Origin: Octopus vulgaris
Lineage: Eukaryota
Reading direction: 5' to 3'
Length of the DNA stretch: 64,000 nucleotides
NCBI GenBank assembly: GCA_951406725.2
Contig: OX597821.1
Span: forward strand, 33,604,001-33,668,000
In this document: positions 51,456 to 63,088 of the stretch, piece after piece
How the letters are laid out: each line of letters starts with the position of its first letter
Position numbering within the stretch: the first letter of the stretch is position 1
Notes under the pieces: generated by a model
Told to the model about the DNA's origin: nothing
Databases searched by the model: none
Seen by the model: only the letters and a program-made list of their open reading frames with translations
Made by a program: the position numbers and the translations under genes

Positions 51456-52839
51456 TTAAAGGTAAAGTTGATCTCAGTGGTATTTGAACTTTAGAACAAC
51501 ATAAAGAGCTATAAGAAATGCCTCAATGCATTTTGTCTGACATGTTAATAATTCTGTCAGGTCAACTCTATGGAGAATTATGTAAGGATTTTCGAATATC
51601 ATCAAGCAAGCTGTTCCTTCAGTCTAATGAAAATGTTCTTTCTTGCTAAAGAAAGATATTGTCTTGGCTATTGACTCTCTACTTCTAGTAGAGTTTTATT
51701 GGCTGTCTTCTTATTTGATTTTCTTCAAAACTTCATTTCATTAGGTGGATATTGTCTTCATTTGACTTGTTCGTTTCTTATTCTCCTTTTCTGTCTCAAC
51801 ACTTTCTAAATGATGTGATTTAAAACATTTACACACGATACTTTGTTTTTGCTTTCTCTTTCACCTTCAAGTTTTCTTTTAATATTTGGTTTTAACTACA
51901 GCTTATTTTCTTCTCCGTGTTTTCTTTTTTTTTTTCTTTTATCTTAGCTAACTTCTATATTTTGAGGTTTGTTAAATGACCATTTCACAATTTGTGCTAG
52001 TGTTGTCAGAGGAGTTAAGTGGTAGCTTTAAATGCTTTGTGTTTATTTGTTTTTACTTGCTTTTCTTTTTTGGCTGTTTTTGCTCTTTATATGTTCTTTT
52101 TTTTTTCTTCTTACTAAGTGTATTCCACATTCTCTCTCCTCCTATTCCTCTCCTCAGAGGTGGCCGTGGCAGTGTTGTTTGTGTAGTAGGTGTTAGCAGT
52201 AAAAGAAGACGTACTGCTGATTAGTAGTTAGTTAGTTAGTCAATATCAGAAAATAGCTGTTATTACAAAGAATCAGCATTAATTGGCTTCTTGCAGGCAC
52301 TAGACAATTGTGACTCAGACTTGCATACACACATAAACTTTGATGGCCGTGTGCACACACACACACACAATGGCCAGCACTTGTAAATTTTGGGTGTAAC
52401 AAGGGAGTGAGAGAGAGAGAGAGAGAGAGAGCTTATTATGGGCAGTTTGTAAATTGTTGTATAACATGGCTGTCTGAATAAAAATTTGCAAAAGAAGAAA
52501 AACAAACCAGAAACAGATATTTTAGTGAGAATTTTTAAATTTCTAATGTATTTGAAATATATATAAAAAAAAAAATGGAAAATCTTTGAAAGGCAATATA
52601 TTTTTGCTATTTTTTGCTATTTTTAAAAACAAATTGTTTTTCGTAACTAAAAAATTTATTTTCTTTTTGTTGTTTTTTTTCTCACTATTCTTAATTAAAT
52701 GTAATATTGTCTTGTGGTCTTCATTGATGGTTTTTTCAAGATGAACTTATAACTTGGGATTAAAGAACCTAACACAAACATGAAAACGAACTGAATCATT
52801 TCTCTTCAGAATAAAATAATATTCTGTAATACAGTAAAC

Positions 52840-53272
52840 GAATCTCTTTGGTTTGAACGGCAGTTTTTAACATAATTTCTAGGTAACTAAAAAATTTTAA
52901 ACTTCGTATACTGGTAGAATGTGTTTATAAAACATCTTTTTCTCTTGGCTTTATTGAGAAAATTCTATAGTTTGTAAGATAGTTTTTGTTTTTTTTCTTC
53001 AATTTCTGCAATTTCAACCAATCACTGACATCCATTGAGGTAAAAAAACATTTTGTGCCATATGAATATGTCCCTCGTTTAAGAAACAGATTGGGTTTAT
53101 TTACATTTGTGAAGAAAAAAAGATACCCTTCCCCCACCCCTAGCCCTAACCATAACCAACCCTAACCCTAAAATAGATTGAAATGTAATAGATCGATTCT
53201 AGGGTCATAATTATGGGTGACAATTTCATATGACACCGCTAGAAAAAACTGCCGTTCAAACCAAAAAGATCC
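52840..53272 (-). mobile_element. ~400-bp GGATC-TIR MITE (copy 10)
   Basis: perfect 8-bp TSD cagtaaac. Confidence 0.92.
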
Positions 53273-53583
53273 CAGTAAACTGTTACTGCATATTGAAATG
53301 ATTCAAAAGAGACACTGATTGTTGTTTTGAGGGTCCAAGGGAAAATTTGAACTTACAGATGTCTTGTTAGTCATACAGTATTCTTGCTGCTTACAAAGTG
53401 TTGGAGAAAACTACTTTGCAGTATTTGCTTTGGCTCTTTTCATTCCAAGTTCAAATCCCGCTGAGGTTAACTTTGTCTTTTGTTCTTTGGTGAGGTTGAT
53501 AAAATAAAGTGCCAGTCAAGTGCAAGGAGTCAATGTAATTGAATAACTTCTGCATAATTGCTGGTTATTGTGCCAATATTAGA

Positions 53584-53820
53584 AAGGTGGCGAGCTGGCA
53601 GAATCATTAGCACGCCAGGCGAAATGCTTAGCGGTATTTCGTCTGCCGCTACGTTCTGAGTTCAAATTCCGCCGAGGTCTACTTTGCCTTTCATCCTTTC
53701 GGGGTCGATTAAATAAGTACCAGTTACACACTGGGGTCGATGCAATCACCTTAATCCCTTTGTCTGTCCTTGTTTGTTGTCCCAACTATATTTAGCCCCC
53801 TGCAGGCAATAAAGAAATGA
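53584..53820 (+). mobile_element. full-length family B tRNA-derived SINE
   Basis: ggtggcgagctggcagaatc...gagttcaaattccgccgagg...ctttcatcctttcggggtcgattaaataagtaccag; many decayed relatives (e.g. 85-190, 4853-4995, 17440-17655, 38100-38250, 63530-63740). Confidence 0.85.
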
Positions 53821-54643
53821 ATATTAGAAAGTTGTTACTAAGAAGGTGAACTGGCAAAATCATTGGAATGTCGAAAGAAATGCTTATAGTATTTCTTCCA
53901 GTCCTTTACGTTTTGTGATATGTGGAAGACTGGCATGTCAAAGAATAGACCCAGTGTTTCCTCTGCATGTCATAAAACAGTGACTAAAAGAGGTTGAAGT
54001 AGGATTTGCACTCTGACTGTGAAACCCACACCAGCAGTGGCTACCCAAACAGACCCATGGGTTAGAGGGTTGTCGCCTGAGTGGTGCAAAGGTGTTATCT
54101 GTCAGGATTAGGGAATCACCTACAAATGGTAGATGCAGTGGTGGGCTGTTATAGTTCTTGCTTACATACTACTACAACTTTGTTTTGAGTTCAAATCTTG
54201 CCAAGCTCAGTTTGCCTTTTCATCCTTTCTGGGTCAGTAAAATAAAGTATCAGTTAAGTACTGATATTGACTAATCTCACTTCAAAATTGCTGGCATTGT
54301 GCCAAAATTTGAAACCATTATTAGTATGGCAGCAGTTTAGTAGAGATCAATTTGAGAAATATATATGTGTGTGTCTTTGTACATATAGTTGTACATACAT
54401 ATGAATGTATATACAGAAGGAGTGAGTGAGAGAGTGTGGGGAGTTGTAAACCAAACCCAAAGTGATACTACAGATGGACAGATTTGACAAAAATTATCAT
54501 AATTTCCAAAATTTATATCAACTTTGGGCTTCTGTAATATGAATCACTTATAATCATTAGAGCATAGATTCTCAGCATGGTTGGTACTGCCCCCAAAGGG
54601 GCACTGGGTAGATTGAAGAGGAATGTTTGGCTTTAGCGGGTAA

Positions 54644-54925
54644 TCATCATCATCGTTTAACGTCCGCTTTCCATGCTAGCATGGGTTGGACGATTTTGAC
54701 TGAGGGCTGGCAAACCAGATGGCTGCACCAGGCTCCAATCTGATCTGGAAGAGTTTCTACAGCTGGATACCCTTCCTAACGCCAACCACTCCGAGAGTGT
54801 AGTGGGTACTTTTTACGTGCCACCGGCACGGGAGTCAGTCAGGCGGTATTAGCAATGACCTTGCTCGAATCTTTTTACACGTGCCACCAGCACAGGTGCC
54901 AGTGGAGTGATGTTGGTAACGATCA
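54644..54925 (-). mobile_element. RTE-tail retroelement (family C), young
   Basis: catcatcatcgtttaacgtccgctttccatgctagc...gtgccaccggcacggg. Confidence 0.88.
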
Positions 54926-55134
54926 CAACATACTAAATGTTACCAATAGAAGTAAATATATAATACATGATAATGGTTATTAAAATAAAATGAGATCTCA
55001 TTAGGTACAGAGAAGTCATTAACTTGCAATGTGTAAAGTAAATTTACAGCTTCTGTCTTCATTTATTTTTCATCATTTCACTGTTAATAGCTTATACAAT
55101 CCATTTTTAGAGTAAAATTCATGAATTATGTTCC

Positions 55135-55431
55135 GTTCTTTTACTCTTTTATTCATTCCTTTATTTGTTTCAGTCATTTGGCTGTGGCCATGCTGGAGCA
55201 TTTGACTGTGGCTATGCCTTTAGTCAAACAAATTGACCCCCCAGGACTTATCCTTTGTAAGCCTAGTACTTATTCTATTGGTCTCTTTTGCCAAACTGCT
55301 AAGTTACGAGAACATAAACAGACCACCGCGTGGCACCTTGGGCAAGTGTCTTCTACTATAGCCTCGGGCCGACCAAAGCCTTGTGAGTGGATTTTGTAGA
55401 TGGAAACTGAAAGAAGCCCGTCTTATATATG

Positions 55432-55462
<31 letters not shown>

Positions 55463-55670
55463 TTGTGTGTCTGTGTTTGTCCCCCTAGCATTGCTTGACA
55501 ACCGATGCTGGTGTGTTTATGTCCCCGTTACTTAGCGGTTCGGCAAAAGAGACCGATAGAATAAGTACTGGGCTTACAAAAGAATAAGTCCCGGGGTCGA
55601 GTTGCTTGATTAAAGGCGGTGCTCCAGCATGGCCACAATGACTGAAACAAGTAAAAGAGTAAAAAGAGTA
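55135..55670. mobile_element. two truncated family A SINEs fused back to back (minus 55135-55322, plus 55326-55670)
   Basis: both carry the gaataagtac/gactgaaacaa 3' part in opposite orientation. Confidence 0.8.
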
Positions 55671-55967
55671 CACCAACATCAGTGTCAAGTGGGGGATGGG
55701 AGACAAACACAGACACACAAATACATACATAAATAAATATCAATATAATAAATAACAAAGAAAAAAAACTCAAGGTAATAAATTTAAAATGTCTTATTCT
55801 TATATTTTAATTATAATCCACATGATGAGTACAAAAAGATATTATATGATGATGATAATAGGCATTATTTCTTTGATGGTTGTCTGAGATAATTGAATAA
55901 ATGAATAACCCATCATTAAGAACAAAGTCTGCTTCATTTCTTTTTATTTAATGACATTTATTGAACT

Positions 55968-56457
55968 CTGGCTCGTGCAAGCATGGAAATGAGGGTTAGC
56001 AACAGGAACAGCATCTGACCCGTGCAAGCATGGAAATGAGGGTTAGTAACAGGAACAGCATCTGACCCGTGCAAGCATGGAAATGAGGGTTAGCAACAGG
56101 AACAGTATCTGACCCGTGCAAGCATGGAAATGAGGGTTAGCAACAGGAACAGCATCTGACCCGTGCAAGCATGGAAATGAGGGTTAGCAACAGGAATAGC
56201 ATCTGACCCGTGCAAGCATGGAAATGAAGGTTAGCAACAGGAACAGCATCTGACCCGTGTAAGCATGAAAATGAGAGTTAGCAACAGGAACAGCATCTGA
56301 CCCTTGCAAGCATTGAGATGAGAGTTAGCAACAGGAACAGCATCTGACCCGTGTAAGCATGGAAATGAGGGTTAGCAACAGGAACAGCATCTGGCTCGTG
56401 CAAGCAAGGAAATGAGGGTTAGCAACAGGAACAGCATCTGACCCATGCAAGCATGGA
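55968..56457 (+). repeat. 47-bp minisatellite, ~10.4 copies
   Basis: unit ctgacccgtgcaagcatggaaatgagggttagcaacaggaacagcat, starts at 55968, 56015, 56062... Confidence 0.95.
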
Positions 56458-57267
56458 GAAGAAGTGGACATGAAACCACTGAAGATGATGACAATTAATG
56501 AATTCTCATATTGAATATATTCATAAGGGTTGGGAGAAAATGAGTTTGTATGGTCTTCTTGTCTTTTTTTTGAAGACTAATTGGAATATGAAGTAGAGTA
56601 ACTTTAATTGTAAATCAAAGTTGAATTATGGACTTGGTTTACTGGGAATTTAATCATTTTATGTACTATTACTTAGATGTGCAACAATCAAAGGAATAGA
56701 GTATGTGGTTTGTTGCTTCAAATTCCAATGATAAATGATAATTGTGTTGTCCCCAGTAAATAATAAATATAATAATAATAATAATAATAATAATGATAAT
56801 AAATCAAGACAAAGAACTCCCCTCCCCCATAAACCAACCCTCACTACTAAAATGTTGATGTCTAATTAAGTGATAATTATTTATTTATTTAATTATTCAG
56901 ATTAAAAGAAAAGAAAAAGCAGACAGAAAACGAAGGGAAATTTATTACTCTTTGGTGTAATTAGGTTAAAAATAACAATATAATTGTATTTTTGTGAAAA
57001 GAAATTTAATTAAAAGATCAATTAGTAAACAACTGATATTTTTTTTTATTCATTTCTGTTTCTTGACTGCCCTCCCCTCCCACACACACAGTATTTGATT
57101 GTGTTTAATGTGATTTTATTTTCCATCAATCTTGTTTATGAACTGATATTTTATGAAGTTTTGATCAATTTCAAAAGGGAAGTTGAGTTACTAATTTTTT
57201 TTTTTTTGTTTTGCCAGTTATTTGTGTTGTTGTTTAAACTCTAGGTCAGATCTGATTGATATAAGAC

Positions 57268-57732
57268 TAGTGGTTCCCAAAGTAGGTGGTATTGCTCCCT
57301 GGTGGGTGGGGTGGTGGAAAGTTCCAAGGGGTTGTTGAAGAAAAGTGGGGTGATAATGGTGTAGCGATTCATGTAAAAAGTAGGACAATAATTGGGTTGC
57401 GATTCATGTCATCATCATCGTCATCATCGTTTCACGTCCGCTTTCCATGCTAGCATGGGTTGGACGATTTTGACTGAGGGCTGGCAAACCAGATGGCTGC
57501 ACCAGTCTTCAATCTTGATCTAGCAGTTTCTACAGCTGGATGCCCTTCCTAACGCCATGTAAAAACAACAAAATAATGGGTTCATTAGGTTAAGTTTTAT
57601 TTATGAAATACAGTTGCTTTGAATTTGTCTCAGAAAGAAGTCTATGTTTATGATGGCTAGTTGGGGTGGAGGTGCTAGGAATGTGGCCTGGGTGTCAAGG
57701 GGGCGGCATCCCCAAAATGTTTGGAACCACTG
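57268..57732. mobile_element. hAT/Charlie-type MITE with nested family C element (~57408-57557)
   Basis: TIR tagtggttcccaaa / tttggaaccactg; flanks atataagac / atatagac. Confidence 0.7.
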
Positions 57733-57947
57733 ATATAGACCTATGGTCAAAGGTGACCCTGTCACAAAGGTTGGTCTTTAGTGTATGTGTGTATAATAAT
57801 GGTATGAAACTCAAATCAGTCTCAGTAAACCATGTGTGCAACATATATTGAGTACTTCCCTCACATTTGTTTGATACAAATCAATGTTTGTTTATATACG
57901 TGTTGTTCTTATCACTGTGCATCCCTCACCTTTCACTAGGCTTATAT

Positions 57948-58314
57948 TCTTTTTATTCTTTTACTTGTTTCAGTCATTTGACTGTGGCCATGCTGGACCA
58001 CCACCTTTAGTCGAATCAAATCGACCCCAGGACTTATTCTTTGTAAGCCTAGTACTTATTCTATTGGTCTCTTTTGCCGAACTGCTAAGTTACGGGGGAC
58101 CTAAACACACCAGCATCTATTGTCAAGCGATGTTGGAGGGACAAACAGATTCACAAACATATACACACACATACGTATATACGACGGACTTCTTTCAGTT
58201 TCCATCCACCAAATCCACTCACAAGGCTTTGGTCGGCCCGAGGCTATAGTAGAAGACACTTGCCCAAGGTGCAACACAGTGGGACTGAACCTGGAACCAT
58301 GTGGTTGGTAAGCT
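57948..58314 (-). mobile_element. family A SINE
   Basis: reverse match to 47890-48267. Confidence 0.88.
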
Positions 58315-58989
58315 TCGAGCTCAGAAGATGACAATGAGTATGAACCTTCTATTAGAAGCTGGATACAACAGATGAGTGTGTAAGCCTGTCTGATAAAAAA
58401 ATTCATCTGAAAATGAATTGTTTTCTCCAAAAAAAAGTCGCCAGAGAAGGGGTTAAGAAGATGAGTCAAGATTTCTCCAAAACTGACATGTTACCAAGGA
58501 AAAGCTTTTTGTCTAGAGCAGCGGTTCTCAACCATTTTTCGCCTATGGACACCTTTGATTCCCATTTTACTCTACTGAACCCCTATAGCCACTCAGTGTT
58601 CAAATAATCTCATCTCTCTCATCTAGGTCATCCCATCCCATAGGATGTCTTCTGTTCAAATAAAACCCTATAATATTTTTATAATTGATTGTTGTTAGGA
58701 ATTGTATAAAAAACATCCTAGAAAAATTATGTGTTTTGTACAAGTATATAAATATGTCATTCTCTAATTAAGATGGCAGTATGCGTTTTGATATTTGGCT
58801 ACTATTTCTAGCAGGGCAAGTGGCCTTTTTCTCTGGCTTACAAGGAGGGTTCATTGTAAAATATGGAGTTTCAGTTTCTCTTTGCAGTAGTTTAAAGAAT
58901 TATTTGTCAGAAGCTGTCATATCCAGAAGGCTAAAGATAATTTAATTTTCTTTTGTTATCTTACATACATTTTTGACCTCTTACTTTTT

Positions 58990-59570
58990 AACATCCCCTC
59001 CTTCTCCCCTCCTTCTCCCCTCCTTCTCCCCTCCTTCTCCCCTTCTTCCTTTCTCCAACCCCCTCTCTCTTGCACCTCATCTTTCTCCCCCTCGTTCCCC
59101 TCTCTCTCCCCACCTCGTTCCCTTCTCCTCTCCCCCACCTTGCCCTCTCTTACCATTTTCTCCCTCTCCCATCTTCTCTCTCCCTCTCTTTCTACTGCCT
59201 CTAACCTCTTCTCTCCACCACTTCTCTCCTTTCTCCTCTTCTTCTGACATATGAGTATGAAGTATTGCAAACTATAGTTTTCAAATAACTGTTCCCATGC
59301 TTGTGCACACACACACACACACTAATGCACATACACACATACTATTTTAATTTGTGCAGATACACAGGCATACACACACACATTGATGCGTGTTGACACA
59401 AATTACGTAGGTACACATACATTGCTATGTACAGTTGACAACACAGACACATACATAAACACACACACACACATACATAAACACACACACACATACATAA
59501 ACACACACACACATACATAAACACACACACATACATAAACACACACACATACATAAACACACACACACTC
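58990..59570. repeat. CT-rich tract followed by compound (CA)n/acatacataa microsatellite
   Basis: low complexity. Confidence 0.85.
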
Positions 59571-59721
59571 ACGCCACCACAACCATCATCAACAACAATA
59601 CCATCACCACCACCATCAAAGTTCTCAATATACTGCATTGTAAATTACTATTTTTAAATCTCACAACGTGAGATATTCAGCAACAGTACTTTGTAGTAAA
59701 GATTGTTTGCCAACATAACAT

Positions 59722-59983
59722 GGCAGTCCTGGTTTAGGACTCATGTTACTGTAATTTAGCCCCAAGAGACATCATCTCCGCCTGGTTATATGACACAATC
59801 TGTGTCCTTATATGAAGGGAAATAACCCAGAAATCGCAATATACAGATGTTGCTTTGAGCTGAGTGGGGTGCTAGATTCCCTTGTTCAAAAATATAAGGA
59901 CACAGATCGTGTTGTATAGCCAGCTGGAGATGATGTCTCCTGGGGCTAAATTACAGTAACATTAGTCCTAAACCAGGACTGCC
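59722..59983. mobile_element. foldback MITE with ~90-bp TIRs
   Basis: ggcagtcctggtttaggact...gtgtccttatat / atataaggacac...agtcctaaaccaggactgcc. Confidence 0.85.
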
Positions 59984-60199
59984 AAACTGCTAAGTTACAG
60001 AAACGTAAACAAACCAACATCAGTTCTCAAGTGGTGGCCAGACACACACATACACAGTTTCCATCTACCAAATCCACTTACAAGGCTTTGGTCAGCTTGA
60101 GGCCATAGTAGATAACACTTGCTCAAGGTGCCATGCAATGGGCCTGAACCTGAAACCATGTGGTTGGGAAGCAAAGTTCTTACCACATAGCCACAATGT

Positions 60200-60328
60200 T
60201 ATGTATATGTGTGTGAGTGTGTATATACATTTATATATATATATGTTTACACACTCATACAGCCACAATGTGTGTGTGTGTATGTGTATATATATGTATG
60301 TATGTATATGTATGTATATATATGTATG

Positions 60329-60360
<32 letters not shown>

Positions 60361-60455
60361 TATGTATGTATATGTATGTATGTATATGTATGTATGTATG
60401 TATATGTATGTATGTATATGTATGTATGTATATGTATGTATGTATGTATGTATGT

Positions 60456-60495
<40 letters not shown>

Positions 60496-60602
60496 GTATG
60501 TGTGTATATATATATGTATGTATGTATATGTATGTGTGTATATATATATGTATGTATGTATATGTATGTATGTATATGTATGTGTGTATATATATATGTA
60601 TG

Positions 60603-60634
<32 letters not shown>

Positions 60635-60690
60635 AATGTATGTATATATATGTATGTGTATGTATGTGTATATATGTATATAAATGTATG

Positions 60691-60721
<31 letters not shown>

Positions 60722-60800
60722 GTATATGTATGTATATAAATGTATGTTTATATATGTATATATATCTATGTATATATGCATACACATACAATGTATATAT
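60200..60800. repeat. (TATG)n/(TA)n compound microsatellite
   Basis: ~600 bp of TA/TG repeats; source of spurious long ORFs. Confidence 0.95.
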
Positions 60801-61436
60801 GTCTTATTTCTATTTCAACTAAAAGAAACCAAGATATTTTTATGGTAATAAAAGTGATTGCTGTTGTTTCAAAAACGTGTATTTTGTACATTTCTTGTAC
60901 TTATCAAAGTGGATAGTGATGCCAGTTTAAAACTGAATATTTTAACGTGGAAAATCATATATCTCTTATTTCCTTTCTGTAGATCTTTGAGTAAGCACTT
61001 GAGACAACTCTCTTACTGGAATGGTTCCATATGTGTTGGAGATAGATGTCGTTAGCTACTCATTATGCCAAGTACCGTTGTCATTTACAACCAAACTTAA
61101 CAGTAATTCTAACATTTAGAATTTAGAAAGTTATAGAGCTGTTATTGTTTAACCCAAGGTCATTCTTGATTGTGTGGACCTATGATCAAAGGCATTTTAG
61201 CCAGAACTTTCCTTTTTTTTTTTTCTTTTGGCAAGGGGTGGGGGATATTAAGAAATGCAGTAGCCAGTGTGTTCTTTGAGTATGATTTGAAGGACATCTG
61301 GTTGCTATTTCTTGCAAGATAGCTTTTCTTGTATTTAGAGACTCTCTCTTTGTTCATGAAGTGGGTTTTTCTTTTGTTTTTAGAAGCTAAATGAGTGGTA
61401 GACATTTCTGATGAAGACAAATACCTGATTACTTAA

Positions 61437-61643
61437 CCCTTTAGCATTTAAACCGGCCATATCCGGCCCAAATTTTCTCCTTCTTTTATAGATCTGGTCT
61501 CTCACGCATATCCTACAATGACATCCTCAAAATAAACCATCACATCATCAAATTCTCAGAGCTACAAGATAATGCAGGATTAATTCAAAACAATGTGAAT
61601 GAAAAAGCATTATATTTGACAGAGTAATCTGAACACTAAGGGG
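61437..61643. mobile_element. piggyBac-like MITE
   Basis: TTAA|ccctttagcatt ... acactaagggg|TTAA. Confidence 0.82.
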
Positions 61644-61661
61644 TTAATTAACTGTTTAGAA

Positions 61662-62175
61662 CTGTTATCTCTAACCTTTTTCATACCACCGACTGGCTTC
61701 ATGCTGGACAATCTGGTAGTGGCATACATGTGTAATTTAGGTGTATTTCAGTAAAGAGCAATTTATTAAAGGGAAGAACAAAATGTATCATCTTTTCACT
61801 CTCATGCACTGAAATTCTTTAAAATCTGAAAATAAGTTAAGATCAGAAAATTAGTTGAAAATTATTGCAAATGAATTAAAATGTACATTAATTGTAAAAT
61901 GTAATTACAGTTATGATAGATAGTAAAGGTAGATGTAAAATATACATTAAATATAAAAATTTATATTAATTATAAAATCTACTTACAGCTATGATAGATA
62001 GTCTTGAGTAGATGAATGTTGAATATTCAAACAAATCTTTTAAAATTAAAATTGAAGTCCAATATTCAATTTATCTATTATATAATTTTAAACAAGTTAA
62101 TTATTTTGTTGTGACCTGGAAGCAAATGATCCACGTACTGGGACCGGTCTGCAGCCTAGTGGTTGAGGACCTCTG
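61662..62175. mobile_element. hAT/Charlie-type MITE
   Basis: 8-bp TSD gtttagaa/gtctagaa; ends ctgttatctctaacc / ggttgaggacctctg. Confidence 0.65.
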
Positions 62176-62754
62176 GTCTAGAAGACAGGCAGAAATTATA
62201 TTCTGTACTTTCTGACATACAAGCTGATGTAATGTATAGTGTATGCAATGCTGTGTAGACATTCTAACATCATCATTATCTTTCCAAATTCTATTCACGT
62301 GGAATTTTCGACCCTTGTTGACTTGCTGTATAAGCTGGGCTGTGTATTGTTTTGCTGTAAATTTTGGTTTGAAAAATTTCACTTGTATGCCAGAAAATAT
62401 GGCATTATGTGTGTGTGTGTGTATGCTTTCCCGATTAACAAAATTCATTGTCTAATATTTTCAGTTAATTTTGAAAATTTCAAGAATTTGTAGGGATTTA
62501 GTAAAATATCTATTTTTTTTTACCTATTTATTGGCATATTAAGCGTGCCCTGGTAAGTATTTTGTTTTTTTTCCCCTTCTTCTAAACTCAGTAACATAAT
62601 TATCAGCTAAAATAGGAATGTTGATATAATCTGTCAAGACCCAGCATATGTCACTATATTAAGCTGGTGTTTGAAACATGAAAATATTATGATAGAGCTA
62701 CCATGTTTCAAAAGAGAACACTTTAACCTTTTAGCATTCAGCTTATTCTATCAA

Positions 62755-63088
62755 GTGAAGGCACATGGCTCAGTGGTTAGAGCGTCGAGCTTACGATTGT
62801 GAGGTTGTGATTTCGAATCCCAGACCGGGCTGCGTGTTGTGTTCTCGAGCAAGACACTTTATTTCACGTTGCTTCAGTTCACCCACCTGTAATGAGTTGC
62901 GACGTCACAGGTGCCAAGCTGTATCGGCCTTTGCCTTTCCCTTGGATAACATGGGTGGCATGGGGAGGGGAGGCTGGTATGCATGGGCGACTGCTGGTCT
63001 TCCATAAACATCCTTGCCTGGACTTGTGCTTGGGAGGGTAACTTTCTCAGTGCAATCCCACGGCCAGTCATGACTGAAGGGGGTCTGA
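62755..63088 (+). mobile_element. tRNA-derived SINE (family E) nested in a piggyBac-like MITE (~62724-63270)
   Basis: A box tggctcagtggttagagcg, B-box-like tttcgaatccc; gagcaagacactttatttcac also in decayed minus copies at ~39500-39720 and ~41700-41835. Confidence 0.8.

Noticed and set aside
52167-52190. miR-34-like start TGGCAGTGT
   Set aside because: Match limited to the first 9 nt, with no complementary arm nearby
55968-56457. CRISPR-like regular repeat
   Set aside because: Units are contiguous with no unique spacers, no cas genes, and the unit derives from a retroelement tail
60092-60822. Long ORFs of 165-231 aa
   Set aside because: Stop-free translations of a TATG/TA microsatellite; same for 10428-10738 and 59342-59638
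62101-62493. Overlapping ORFs in three frames
   Set aside because: No recognisable motif or clear splice structure; partly overlaps a MITE and a microsatellite
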